A DNA stretch of 64,000 nucleotides from Antedon mediterranea (Eukaryota > Animalia > Echinodermata). Below are positions 1 through 13,023 of the stretch, piece after piece. Each line of letters starts with the position of its first letter. Positions within the stretch are counted from its first letter, which is position 1. Under the pieces are notes generated by a model. It was not told where the DNA came from. It did no database searches and worked only from the letters and a program-made list of their open reading frames with translations. The DNA lies in NCBI RefSeq assembly GCF_964355755.1, contig NC_092675.1, positions 14,666,912 to 14,730,911 of the forward strand. Reading direction: 5' to 3'. A program made the position numbers and the translations under genes.

Positions 1-924
1 GGGTAGCGTTAGTGATATAGCATATTATAGCATATTTGTCCGATGATGTATTTATATAGTTGTTGGAGTGTAGTATGAGTAGGCCTAGTATATATAGACA
101 CACGCCTAGTAAGGTTGATTTGAACATTTCTGGCAACAAAATATTCGACACTGTCTTAATAATACGTTCAGCACACAATTTATTGCGATGGTATCCGGCG
201 CCCCGTACTTTGAAAAGCGTAACCTAATACAGTAATACGGTTTCCTTATTTGGCCGTGTCCATGTTTGGACTGCGTAGCGAAAAGCCTGTGATCGTAGCT
301 GCTATAGGCCTGGCCAAACTAAGCTACAAATTCGGGTTAAACTTGCGGGATCGCAAAAATACGAAGTGTTCTAGTGTACCTATGTTGACTAACAATCAGG
401 ATATTTTATAAAGAATAATTGTATCCAACTGGAAATGCGTATTATTATTTAGGCCGATATTTAGTAATTCTTTCCGAGAATTTCAAATCTAACCACCACT
501 CATTAGCGCCACAACAAGGTCATTTTTTTTGCTAACAAACAAACAAATGAAAGCACTCAGAAACTGAGTGAAGTACTTGGCAAAATATATCCACTGACTG
601 GGAGCATGTTGAAAGATACAATTTTTGCTTTAGGTATTATCTTTACATGGTTAAAATACTGATAAGGTTAATAATTTGTGTAAATAATTTTTAATGCAAA
701 CAATTCCGGCATTGCAACAATGACCTTTCTAAAATCAAGTTTGACCAGAATAATGGTCGAGGAGTGTCTTGAAGCTGTACCGATTTGCGGCGCCTCTGCC
801 TTAACCCATGTAGTAATATATCAATTTACCTGAAAATCAATAGGCATGTTCTGTAAGTATATACCTGATGAAATAAGGAAGGACACACGCTGGTGCTAAC
901 AAAACTACTTATCAACTTACAATA

Positions 925-2261
925 GTTTAATTTGAATAACAATAGAACAGCAACGCCAAAAACAAACGGGTGAATTTGAAAAGAAATAGGTTTTTTTAAA
1001 CTACTCGTATAAAAAAGCTGGTACACTGAATCAACTTTTGTTTTAAAATTAAAAATCACAATTTATAACTCTTGCCTCTTGTACAAAAATGATGTTTTTT
1101 GGACAAGTAGTTCTCGAGAAAATGCAATTTCAGTACACTTGTTACTTTAAGACTGCTCGCCGGCTTTTGAAAATTGTCTCCTATCTTTTAACACTAGCCG
1201 GTCTGAAAATAATATCATTTTTGTTATTTGTGAAGTTATTAATAAACCAATTTTGTTGATTTTCAATAGGCATGGTCTGACAATATATACCTATCTACAC
1301 CCAAAAATTCAGAACGATAACTTGAAAACTGTAGGCGCTATCGTGCTAACAAACAAACAAACAAACAAACATACAAACATACATACAAACAAAGTGAATA
1401 CTATACTTGGCAAAATTCTTTTTTGCCAAGTAACAAACATACAAACATACAAACATACAAACATACATACAAACAAAGTGAATACTATACTTGGCAAAAT
1501 TCTTTTTTGCCAAGTAACAAACTAGCCTTCGCGCATAGCGCGATACTTGGCCAAATCAAAATTGGCCTCCTCCAATTTTCACCAAAAGTGTGTGTCTTAT
1601 GCTGTGTGATTTAGGCTAATTTCACTACAATCATGTGTATACGAGTTTGGTGTACAGGTTATGTAACCAGCCTTTCAACGAACAATAGCTTCAGTCGGCT
1701 AACAATAGAACAGCAACGCGAAAAACACACGGGTGAATTTGAAAAGAAATAGGTTTTGTAAATTACTCGCATCAAAAAACCTCTATATTAAATCTAATTC
1801 AGTTTTAAAATTACAAATCAAAAATTATAACTCTTGCCTCTTGTACAAAAATGAAGTTTTTTGGAAAAGTAGTTCTCGAGAAAATTTAATTTTAGTTTAC
1901 GTGTTACTTTAAAACTGCTCACCGGCTTTTGAAAATTGTCTCCTATCTTTTAACACTAGCCGTTCTGAAAATAATATCATTTTTGTTATTTGTGAAGTTA
2001 TTAATAAACCAAACTGTAGGCGCTATCGTGCTAACAAACAAACATACATACAAACATACATACAAACATACAAACAAAGTGAATACTATACTTGGCAAAA
2101 TTCTTTTTGCCAAGTAACAAACATACAAACAAACAAAGTGAATACTATACTTGGCAAAATTCTTTTTGCCAAGTAAAAAGTGAATACTATACTTGGCAAA
2201 ATTCTTTTTGCCAAGTAACAAAGTGAATACTATACTTGGCAAAATTCTTTTTGCCAAGTAA
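925..2261 (+). mobile_element. Tandem Helentron-associated non-autonomous elements (HINE/DINE-1-like) with reiterated 3' hairpins
   Basis: ~938-1250 is repeated at ~1700-2010. (ACAA/ACAT)n microsatellite. Hairpin TACTTGGCAAAA-TTC-TTTTGCCAAGTA occurs 2x (1404-1516) and 4x (2089-2260). Subterminal TACTTGGC at ~1544 follows the AACTAG start of the second unit. Left boundary uncertain. Confidence 0.65.
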
Positions 2262-4385
2262 CAAACACACGCTACCGATTACATATACCTCCTTGGCGGA
2301 GGTAAATAATTAAGTATAAACACATACGTAATTAAATTGATATAATATTTAAAATTCTTGTTCATTGCTGTTTTCATTATTGTATGTCTATTGTTAATCA
2401 CTTTTTCGTACAGTATACATTTATAATTTGTTAATCTATACGTGGCCTTCATGATCTATAAGAAAAATAAGTCTAAATAAAACATTAGTACATTTCGCAA
2501 ACTCTCTGTTTTTTTTTTTTAACGTAGAAAAGTACTTAATTGAAAGAAATGTGTACTCATACAAGAAATTTGATTCAAATAAAATTATTACAAGATGTTA
2601 GTACGTATCAGTTGTTTTATAATGTATTTTAGGATTTTAATTGACCTAATTTATTTTAATGATATTCATAATTTGATTTATCAATATTATATACTGTAAT
2701 AGAATTTATATATTTATTTTTTATGTATTTGTTTTATTCTTATAAATATAATTAATTTCTATTTTAAGAGTGGGCCAATACAATTTCTTGAATCTAGACT
2801 CTAGTTTTGAATTTTAACGATATTATTACCTTAAAAAAAAATTTTTTTGTAAACATTTTATTGTTTAATATGTTATTTTAATGTCACATAATAGTTATTC
2901 ACTTTGACCTAAAGTTGGATTGGCAAAAAAACTATGTACCGGAAAAAACTATAATTTAATGTAACAAATAGTCACATTTTTTTTTTATAATTGAAATCAT
3001 GTTTCTTTTTTTTTCAATTGAGTAACTTAATTAAAACTCAAAATGGCCTATTATTAAAAGTCTGAAATCTTTAGTTTTCATGATTGGGGATAATACATCT
3101 TTAACGTAAAATTTCCATCAGCCTACAATATAAATATTCATTTAATAATATTATTTTAAAAAGTATAAAAAACATACACTGTGCATAGGAATTCCTACTG
3201 TACACAATCATTTTAAATTCAAAAGTAATACATGGCATAGGCCTACACAAGCTTGGCTAGGCTAGCCATGATGGGCTATCTACAATACAATAAGAAAGGA
3301 GCCTCTCGTTCGTGACAAAAGGTCGTTCAACTTCCAAAAATAATATCTGATACGGCCTACTATTGGATCTTTAAAATGCTATTGGGTTCTTAATGTAATT
3401 ACTTAGTAGGCCTAGGCCTAGTATTTATTAATTAATGTCAATCAAAGTTTATATTTAGTGTAGATTCTTTTTACTGTTGTGAGAGCCTGTGTGGAAGCAT
3501 GGATTAAAGAATAGAACGATATGCATCGACGGTAACATCAAACGATTTTCCAACGCGCTTGCCTATACTAAAGCACTGCTGCCACTCAAACAAACACGCT
3601 CATTGAACTCCGTGTCTCTAACCGCGGCCCTCTGTAGAACGCTGCGATCATTAATTGACAACAACAATATATTGCTGAACAATTCTGTTTTAGTTTCATC
3701 ACAATTGGACGACTGTTAATTTTAAGTAGTTGGTAATATTAATAAATTAATATGCAATTTTTATATTTGATATTACCATATGAGCCTGTCATCTTCTGTC
3801 ATTAAAAATTGCGTTAATCTATAGAATATTAAATTATGAATTTGACCATGTATGTTGTTAGCGTGTCCTGTGTCCACACATACAAAAATCATGATTTTAA
3901 TATATGGCTAAGCAGTGGTTTCTTCATAGATCTCCTTAATTATCGATGTGATTATATTTAAACTGTAGTTCATGGTGATTGGCTAGTGGTTATGTCATCC
4001 ACATCACATCCAATCACAGGGCCTAATCGAATGAAAACAGCGATCCCTGATTCGGGATCGGCTGGCTATGTATTGTTGCGATACGTTACCTAGCGGTCGT
4101 TTTGAAAAGTACACGCAAGGCAAACTTACTCACGAACAAAACGAAGTACCTTGTCTATTACTATATTATTATTCACACAAGAAGTAGACAACTGTGAGTA
4201 TATAGATCATGATTACACGTTGTATCTACTACACTTAAGATTAGCCTAGGCCTACCTAAGCAGTATCAATGTCGGCAAATCATAGGATTTACTAGTTTAA
4301 GCCTATGGCATGGGCATAAGCTAGTATCCTTGCTGATTGTGTAATTTTTCAACAAATGAGAAAACAAATAGTTATTGTCTCAGAT

Positions 4386-4417
4386 CATGGAGAAATAAGT
4401 TAACTTATTTCTCCATG
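4386..4417. mobile_element. 32-bp palindromic P-superfamily-type mini-element/excision footprint
   Basis: CATGGAGAAATAAGTT-AACTTATTTCTCCATG is a perfect palindrome flanked by the 7-bp direct repeat CTCAGAT (4379-4385, 4418-4424). Confidence 0.7.
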
Positions 4418-5516
4418 CTCAGATGTAGGGCGACTACAGGTTATAAAATGCTACTTTAAGGTCATAAAAAACAATAGCGTAGATCAATCGCTGCAGAAAC
4501 CTATACTAATTACAATGATCTACAAACATCATGCTACCAAGGAACACGAAAAGGAAGCGTAGCCAACAAGGTTAAAATGTCGTTGCACATGTGCAGTAAA
4601 CAATATATTAGGCACGCGACCGTTTCGTTGTTACCATGCGGTTAATTAAACTGTAACATTGTGGGTGGTCCGCGCTCTGTCGGCTAGAGTCATGGAACCC
4701 TTGATCTTAAACTGATGCATATCCTACTATTCTTTAATCCATGGTGAAAGTAAGCTCGCGGTTTGTAAATTGTTCTGTACTAGATGGTACGCTCGCTTCG
4801 CTCGCGTACCATCTAGGTCGTGCCCACAGATGGTTCTCAAAAACATAGTAAATTCAATGTAAAAAACTGGCGATTTCAAATGTACGTAAAAAAAACCGGT
4901 GATTTATGTAGCCAACTAAAATTAGTACCCTGGCAATTACTTGAGTAAACAAACCCAATTTGTGTTTTGTAATGTAACATTAGGGTTGAGGGATGGTAAG
5001 AGGGTGGGTGCAAAGAGGAACCATTTTTAAATATATTCTTTATCCGTAACGACATATTTGATTTTATGTTTTATAAATAATAAACCACTAAACATTTGCG
5101 ATACTTTATTGAAACTGTCACTGTCATAGTCGATTGAAATAGTTTTTTTTTGTTCTCTTTTGTGGCGCAAACACCACTTTTATTCACATTCATATTATCT
5201 CATATTACATAAAATCGTATTATTTAACTTGTAAATGTCGTTACAGTTCATAAGTAACATTTTTACATATATGAATTCTGTATTACTCCTTTTTTCATTA
5301 ATTTTCTTATATTTTGTTATACACTTGACAGGATCATCATTATCATCTATCCCGTTTTAAAATAGTTCACACATTTTCATTTGTTGGTTTTCATTTTACA
5401 ACCCGGATTATACAATATATTTATATACATGATAAAAAAAAAACAATAATAGCTCAGTACCACCAGTAACCCGTATCACTGTAATTCTTTTTCAGTTAAT
5501 CGTATCAAATTAGAAA

Positions 5517-8500
5517 TTATACTATCATAATCTTATTTCTTAAAGCTACCCATTTTTCTATACTTGTTTCTTTATTGTTATATTTTTCACATTCAATGTT
5601 ATATAACATATTGCTTTTAAATGAATTCCATAAAGATTTACCCACTGGCTTATTTAGTGCAGATAACATTTTTATTCTATAAATAGTAAATGCTGCAAAC
5701 GTGTAAATATAATCTATTAGCTTATCTCCCGTTCCTAGTATTAATTGTTTAAATGATATATTATTGTGATTTAAACTTACAAAGATACTAAGCATTTTCC
5801 TCCAATATTTCTGAATAAATCTACGACTAAAAAACAAATGATTTTCATTTTCAATTTCTCCACATTTGTCACACGTTTGTGTTTCCTTAACTTTCCACTG
5901 ATACAGCCGTTTGTTGGTAGGCAGTATTCTATGTAACATCTTATAATTGAATTGTGCTAGTTTCTTATCTTTCATTTTACATACTTTCCGTAACCAAGAA
6001 GTTTTCCAATCAATGTTGTTATCATTGAAGTACTCTTCCCATTTTAGTTGTGACATTGGAGTAATGAAATATTCTTTCACAAACCATGAGTATATTAGTT
6101 TGGTAGTATTAATCTCATACTTGGTCCCAACTAATTCATCATTATCATCACAATTGAAAATATCTACCTCCTTAATAATACGTTTCCATTGAATTGGTAT
6201 TGCCTTAATAATGCACAAATACTCATTTAACCAGTTTGTTTTACATTGTAGTTTCACCAGTATTTCGTTTGATGTTAAAAAAGTGTTCTTATTAACAATG
6301 TCTTTAATACTGATAATGCCACTGTCAATCCAATGCTTGTAGAAAAGTGATTTTTTTTTTAGTTTAACGTAGTGGTTTCCCCACAGTTGCTCATTCATTA
6401 TATCGTTATAAGTTTCAGGGTTTTTTTTAGAGATTCTGTTATAATAATTTATGTAGGCTTTTATCATATTTTTGTAAAACAATGGAATTTTATCAGAATT
6501 AACATCAATAATGTTATAACATGACATATTAAGTAAAACATTAACATCACATATTTTTTTAATATAATACATTGGAATATTTTTCCATTTAGCACCATCA
6601 TCATTCATAATTCTTTATAACCAGCCACACATGAGTGCGTTAACATGAAGAGTAAAATCAGGCATTTTAATGCCTCCCATCTCAACATCACCAATTAGAG
6701 TTTTTCTTTTTATCTTTTCCCTTTTATTGTTCCAAATAAAATTATATATTAGATTTGTAACTTGTGTATATACATATTTTGGAACATCAGTGATATTTGC
6801 AGCATATGTTAATTTAGATAGTGCAAGACTTTTCAGGATTATTATTCTACCAAAAATTGAGAGATTTCTAGCATTCCATTGTTTTAAAGTCTTTTCTAGC
6901 TCTATTAATTTAACATCCCAGTTTTTTCTGGTACATTCTTCTGTATTATACCCTACATATATGCCTAAAATTTTGATCGGGTGTTTTACCCAATTTAATT
7001 CTAAAGGTCTATCTATTCTGTTCTTCCATTTACCAATCCAAAAAGCATTGGTTTTTTTTTTATTTAGTGTCATTCCAGATACTTCACAAAAACGTTCAAT
7101 TACACTGACTGCTGACTTAATACTTTTGTCATTACCAACATACAAAACAGTATCATCGGCTAATTGGCTTATTCTAGCTTCTATGTTATTTTCATTATTT
7201 GGAAGTTTAATACCCTTATAGTAATCTTTGTTTCTTATTCTAGATGCCATTACTTCAACCACTAAAATGAATAACAGAGCAGATAGAGGACAACCTTGTC
7301 TAATACCTCTTTCCATTTTAAAATTGTTTGAAACCCAACCATTGTTAACTGTGACACATTCAACGTTATTGTATAATACTTTTACCCAGTTACAAAAGAA
7401 CATTCCAAAGTTAAACTTTTCTAGAACATTGAACATAAAATCTCTACTAATAGAGTCCAAAGCCTTCTTAAAATCTACGGTAATTATTGCCCCTTCGATA
7501 TCATTACACTCTGTATAATAAAGCAGGTCTTCTATTAACCGAATGTTTTCACCAGCGAAACGGCCTTTTATATAACCTTTTTGGTCTGAACTTACTATTG
7601 ATTTAATAACCATTTTAAGTCTGTTACTTAATACATGTGCAAGAATTTTGTAATCGGTGTTTAAGAGGGTAATGGGACGCCAATTATTCAAATTTTCTCT
7701 TTCTCCATCCTTGAACAAAAGGGTGATTACACCTCTTTTTTGCGAAAAGGATAATTCTTGAGAATTATAACTTTCATTTAACGCATCGCAAATTAAATGT
7801 TTAATATTATTCCAAAAGAACACATAAAAGTCAACACTTAGACCATCCGATCCAGGTGTTTTATTTTTTTCCATCATTGAAATGGCCTTTTTACACTCAT
7901 CAATAGTGACGTAACCTTCACAATTTTCTTTTTCTATTTCTGAAAGCTTGTTTATAATAGAATTACAAAGGTATTTATTAATTTTTCCAGGGTTTATGAC
8001 ATTTTTTGCGTATAATCCTTCGAAATGTTGTATTTGTTCCTTTAAAATATCAATTGGGCTCGTTGCTAAGCTCCCATCTTTAGTAATTAAACTTTTTATG
8101 TGTTTCTTTTTACTTTTGGATCTTTCTAACCCAAGAAAGTATTTTGTATTCCGCTTGCCTTCCTCTATCCATTTTACTCTGGACCTAATTTGCGCGCCTT
8201 TTGCTTCTACATTATAAATGTTTTCAAGCTCTATTTTTTTGTTTTCAATTTTATTTTCAATGGTTATATCACAATTTTGAGTATTCATAATTGTTTCATT
8301 TAAGTTTTTTATTTGTTTTTGTAATTTTTCTTTCTTTTTATTCTGGTTTTTATTTTTTTTGTTTTCCGTATGCAATTGAAAATTCTTTTATTTTTGTTTT
8401 TACAAGCTCCCATAGCAAACTTGCACTTACAGGTTCTCTATTATTTTTTAGTATTGAAACATCAATTATTTTAATTACTAATTTTGTAAATGTTTCATCT

Positions 8501-9282
8501 TTCAGAAAGCTATTGTTGAACATCCATAAACCAGGACCGCGTTTTTTTTCATGCAAATCTATTTTAATTGATACCGCCTGGTGATCTGTGAGAATAGCTG
8601 GACGAATGTCACAGGCTAAAACATCTCCATTTGAAAAGAGATCTTCTGATATTAACCAGTAATCCAGCCTACGGAAAATGTTGTTAAATCTCTTACGCCA
8701 CGTAAATTGTCGCTTATTCATGTTTTTGGATCTCCAAATATCATTTAAATTTAAATTTTTCATTAGGTTTTTAATCGTAAAAACAGATTTATCAGACCTA
8801 TTTGCGCTACCTTTTTGGTCAATGTCACTATTCATGATGCAATTCAGATCTCCACCTAGAATGATAGAATTACCCTTCCCTCCATCAAAGTCATTGTAAC
8901 ATTTGTGTATGGTCCTAAAGAATGCACTTCTATTTTTGCTTTCATTAGGAGCATAAATATTTATAATGTCCAATTCCTTTTCATTTATCATTAAATTAAG
9001 AAATATATATCTTCCATCAATATCAGTTAACTTTTTAACAATTTTGCATTCAAGACCTTTTCGTAATAGTATCGACACTCCTCTACTATGTGAATTACCT
9101 ATACTATGGATCGCTTCACCTTCCCAAACAAAGTTTGATTTATTAATAATCTCATTTGTTAGATGGGTTTCCTGAAGCAGACATATATCCGCTTTTTGAT
9201 CTTTTACCCATTGGAATACCTTATGTTGCTTATTTATATTTCTAGCTCCTCTAACGTTTAGTGTTATACAATGTAAATTCAT
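5517..9282 (-). pseudogene. Tx1 ORF2 (APE endonuclease, reverse transcriptase, C-terminal zinc-binding region), disrupted
   Basis: APE motifs TLNVRG, LQETH, GGDLN, RLDY, TDH. RT motifs PGSDGL, WRPITLLNTDYK, RQGCPLS, QLADDT. One frameshift in an A/T homopolymer near 8355 and one in-frame TAA at 6615-6617. Confidence 0.9.
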
Positions 9283-9370
9283 AAGATTAGAGTAAAGAGC
9301 TTCCTTGGGAAATTACAATATTTAGAATACATATTATTAAGATTAAATTACTTGTTTTTGTTTCTCTTTC

Positions 9371-10672
9371 TTAAACTTCTTTTTTCAATACTCTTTGTTT
9401 TTTCTTCTGTCCTGCCTTCATTTCTGACTGTTCCTTCAGATCTCTTGCTGCTTTCTTGTTTGTGCTAACACTTTTACTTTTTTGCATACTTTTTTCAAAG
9501 TAGTCAGTTACCTTCTTCTGTTCATGCTCCTCTCTTTCCCCAACTTCCTGCTCCTCTCTTTCTTCAGCTTTCTGGTACTTTCTTCCCGGTACTTCTTGTT
9601 CCTCTCCTTCTTCAACTTCCTCCTCCTCTCTTTCGTCCACTTCCTGCTCTTCTCTCTGCTCCTCTCTGTCATCATCTTCCTGCTCATTTTGGTTTGTGTG
9701 TTGTTCTATAGTGATCACACTTGTTTCTTTCTGCGCATTTTCATCATCTGATGATTCACTACTTCCATCAATACTAAACACTTCATCATGTGTTTCTGTA
9801 TCAGATTGTACCGTAGCTCTTTTCCCGTAGTGGTTATCGTTAGCATTATTATTTGTTGGGTTTTCAAAGTTAAAAACCGATTCCCAAACTTTATTAATGT
9901 ATGCACCAGGTGAACCAGATGATGATACATTATGCGCTTCAACATTACATCTGTCCCTAGTATGCCCTGGTAAATGACACTTGAAACAGATTATATCAGC
10001 TTTGCATTGAAAAGCTAAATGCCCAGTCTTTGTACATTTGTTGCATTTCACTTCCTGACCGTCATGAAAAGCCCGTGCTCTAAAACCATTTATTATTATC
10101 TGTCTTGGTATTGGCGATTTTAGCTTTTCTACAACGACAGCTCTGTCACCGTTTAGCCAGCTGGTTAACTGACCATTAACCCTTATTTTTAGCCTTGTAA
10201 CATCTCCTATTGGTTTGCATCCTAGCGCTTTCAACTTGCTAGCAATCTCTACGTCAGCAACCGATAATGGTATATCCTTTATGACTATTCTCGTTGTTTC
10301 CATGTTGTTGTATGCCAAATAAGGATTTTTATCATGAATTGTAATATTACAATTCCTAATGTTTAGTCCATTCGTAATTAGTTTCACTCTATCATTTCTA
10401 TTATTTAGATAAATTCGCCATAGGTTCCGTATTTTTTGAACACCGATTATACTTTCTGCAGCAATTATTTTTAGTAGGGCTATACATAGGTCTTCATCTT
10501 TGAAAAAACTTTTTCCTGTTGGTATTTGATCAGCCTTCAAAAAGATTGGCTTCACTACACTACGTTCTTTGTTTACTGTTTGCCCGTTCATCCTGCTGAT
10601 TTTGTCACCGTCAGCCTGTGCAGCACTGTACATTCCTTTGTTAGTCCCGTTTCTATGGGTTTTTGACGCCAT
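9371..10672 (-). CDS. Tx1 ORF1 gag-like nucleic-acid-binding protein, 433 aa
   Basis: Two CCHC zinc knuckles (CNKCTKTGHLAFQC, CFKCHLPGHTRDRC), an RRM-like region (VIKDIPLSVAD...WLNGDR) and an acidic tail. ORF is intact. Confidence 0.88.
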   Translation of the reverse strand: MASKTHRNGTNKGMYSAAQADGDKISRMNGQTVNKERSVVKPIFLKADQIPTGKSFFKDEDLCIALLKIIAAESIIGVQKIRNLWRIYLNNRNDRVKLITNGLNIRNCNITIHDKNPYLAYNNMETTRIVIKDIPLSVADVEIASKLKALGCKPIGDVTRLKIRVNGQLTSWLNGDRAVVVEKLKSPIPRQIIINGFRARAFHDGQEVKCNKCTKTGHLAFQCKADIICFKCHLPGHTRDRCNVEAHNVSSSGSPGAYINKVWESVFNFENPTNNNANDNHYGKRATVQSDTETHDEVFSIDGSSESSDDENAQKETSVITIEQHTNQNEQEDDDREEQREEQEVDEREEEEVEEGEEQEVPGRKYQKAEEREEQEVGEREEHEQKKVTDYFEKSMQKSKSVSTNKKAARDLKEQSEMKAGQKKKQRVLKKEV

Positions 10673-12252
10673 TGTTTGGCTTTCACCGGGCTTAGACGTG
10701 AACGATATACAAATTGTTTTTTCCTAGTATTTCTTTCAGGTAAAAACTTCCACCTTAACAAAGACTTGGTTTAACTTGACTTATTTACTGTTTTATACTC
10801 ACTTAGAAATCAATCGAGATTTAGAAAACGTCAAATTTTAACTATATTTCAGGAGCTGTAAAAAACTATACCTTGGTTAAGTAAAATCACAACGCCCTCC
10901 TCGATTGAAATAGTTAAGTACATGTAATGATACACCACTATGACTTTTATATTCTTTGTAATTATTAATAATACTATTAAGAAGCAACTGTCAGTATTAA
11001 AGTTTAATTATGTGTAAACAGTACCACCACACTCGTAAAAAAAAATTGTGCTTTAAATGGGACACAAATGGTTTATGTATTTAATGTCAACGGTTTTTAA
11101 TTTATCCCCGAAGGGCACGTAAATTTGCCTACTTGTGTTATACCAAATGTGGGGAGAGATTGGAATGTTCCATTCATCGCCAAGCAATCCTTTGGTATAA
11201 ACGCATATTAAATCTATCAAAATAGTATTTTTTTAAAGAAAATCGGACTGTTTTCAACATTATGATGCTTTACTCGAGCTGTTCAACCGGTTTTCAGCTA
11301 TTAAAAACAATTATCCAAGGAGGAGATAGGAAAATGCGAAACATCCTCGTATTATTGTGTGCGGGTATTTTTCAAGACGGATATCCATTAGACAGTGTAT
11401 TCCACGATCGGAAAACACCCCTATTTGGGGCAAATCGTTGAACCTAAATTCGTTTTAATTGTCAATAACTAATTATCTAACTCAATTTAATTAGTAAACA
11501 GGGTTACATCAGGTGGTTAAAATCAGTAACGAAAGTACGAACCAACTTTATATACCATTGAGTAAAAATTCTAGAAATAACGCACGATTTACCGAATTTT
11601 GCCCTTACGTAAATTTATATATAGATTATGTTGTCACGCATCAGTGAGCTGACTTACCGAATACCAAAGAGAGTCGATTGAGTCCGAAACGAACCGATGG
11701 AGGAACTCTCAGTAGTATAATATCCCGTACAGTCCAATGAATAATTCATAAATTAATTAATGAATATTAATATATTAATTATGAGTGTAATTAATATGAA
11801 TGAATAATTAATTAGGGGGGTAGTTTTATGAATATTTAATAATTAAAATGGTATTATTTTTGAATAAATGAATAAATTAATTTGTTTAGCGATCTCAGTC
11901 CAATGAAGAAGTAATAAGATGTTTTAATATTCATGAATATTAATATATTTTTATTAATATGAGGGGTATTTTAATGAATAATTAGTAAATGAGTGATAGT
12001 TTTATGTATAATTTTCAAACGTAATACATGTATTACATAATGTTTAAATAAATATTTACATTTAAATATTAAAGACAATGTGCTTACCTTCATTGAGAAG
12101 TCTGATGTACAGTTTAATGAATAAAATCCACAAGTTTAATCAGCTTTGATTACTGTTTTTTATGTTTGTATAAGGAATAATAACATCAATTCGCTGTCTT
12201 TCCATGGAATTAGTTTACATGTGAGGCGTGGACAGGTCATTTTTTGTAATTC

Positions 12253-12698
12253 TGTGATTTTAGCGGGTATGTGACGTCATCCGGCAATGAACCAATAAGA
12301 TTCCTTATAAGCATAATGCTAATAAAATTAGAATTCGTTGTCCTTGTTGAGATATTCAAAGATATTAAAAGTTATTTAATTATTTTTTTAGTTTTTTATC
12401 CTTTTGTTTTTTCGTTTAGTTACATAACCGCATTATTTTTTAAGGGTATTCCTTCAATATATAAAGATGGTAATAAATAAATAAATAAAAATTAAAAATA
12501 ATGTGCTTACCTTCATTGAGAAGTCTGATAATATAGTATATTTTAATGAATAAAATCTACAAGTTTAATCAGCTTTAATTACTGCTTTTTTTATGTTTGT
12601 ATAAGAACAAAATCATAACATCAATCCGCTGTCTATTTTTTCAAATCCTGTGATTTTAGCGGGTATGTGACGTCATCAGGCAATGAACCAATAAGATT
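12253..12698 (+). promoter_or_regulatory. Duplicated CRE/ATF + CCAAT module in the Maverick terminal region (mirrored at ~22775-23220)
   Basis: TGACGTCA at 12272-12279 and 12668-12675, each followed ~13 bp later by CCAAT. Further CAGTCCAATGAA copies near 11730, 11896 and 12744. Function is inferred. Confidence 0.45.
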
Positions 12699-13023
12699 AA
12701 TCTACCAATCATAATTCGTTGTTTTTGTAAGCGTAGCGATCTCAGTCCAATGAATAAGTAATGAGATGTTTAAATATTCGTGAATATTAATATATTTTTA
12801 TTAATATGAGAGTGTTTTAATGAATACTTAGTAATTGCGTTGGTATTTATTCTAAGAATTATTGAATTAAGTATGATATATTTAAATTATTTTATTTTTA
12901 ACACGGTACCTGATTTACTATATATATATACACATTGTTAATTTGAAAACAGTACAGTTTTCCTGCTTTAGATTTTTAACATTTAGTCATCTGTTCTTTA
13001 TCCTGCTGTTATTATCTATCAGG

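Larger units (their letters stand above)
5145..10900 (-). mobile_element. Full-length L1/Tx1-clade non-LTR retrotransposon
   Basis: 15-bp TSD TCGATTGAAATAGTT (5130-5144, 10901-10915). ORF1 plus APE-RT ORF2. AATAAA and a short poly(A) at the 3' end. Confidence 0.92.
4780..11625 (-). mobile_element. Non-autonomous Helitron (~1.1 kb) split by a Tx1 LINE
   Basis: Minus strand begins A|TCTATATATAAATTTACG and ends with hairpin TAGATGGTACGC...GCGTACCATCTAG|T (A|T target, TC...CTAG). Same family as the copies at 43183, 47965 and 49370. Confidence 0.85.

Noticed and set aside
1394-2261. CRISPR-like palindromic repeats
   Set aside because: Spacers are microsatellite or nearly absent, there are no cas genes, and the context is eukaryotic TE ends.
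5160-5180. Histone-like 3' stem-loop at the Tx1 tail (GTGGTGTTTGCGCCAC on the minus strand)
   Set aside because: Does not match the histone stem-loop consensus; probably an ordinary LINE 3' hairpin.
5947-9751. Plus-strand ORFs over the Tx1 element
   Set aside because: Antisense shadows of LINE coding sequence.
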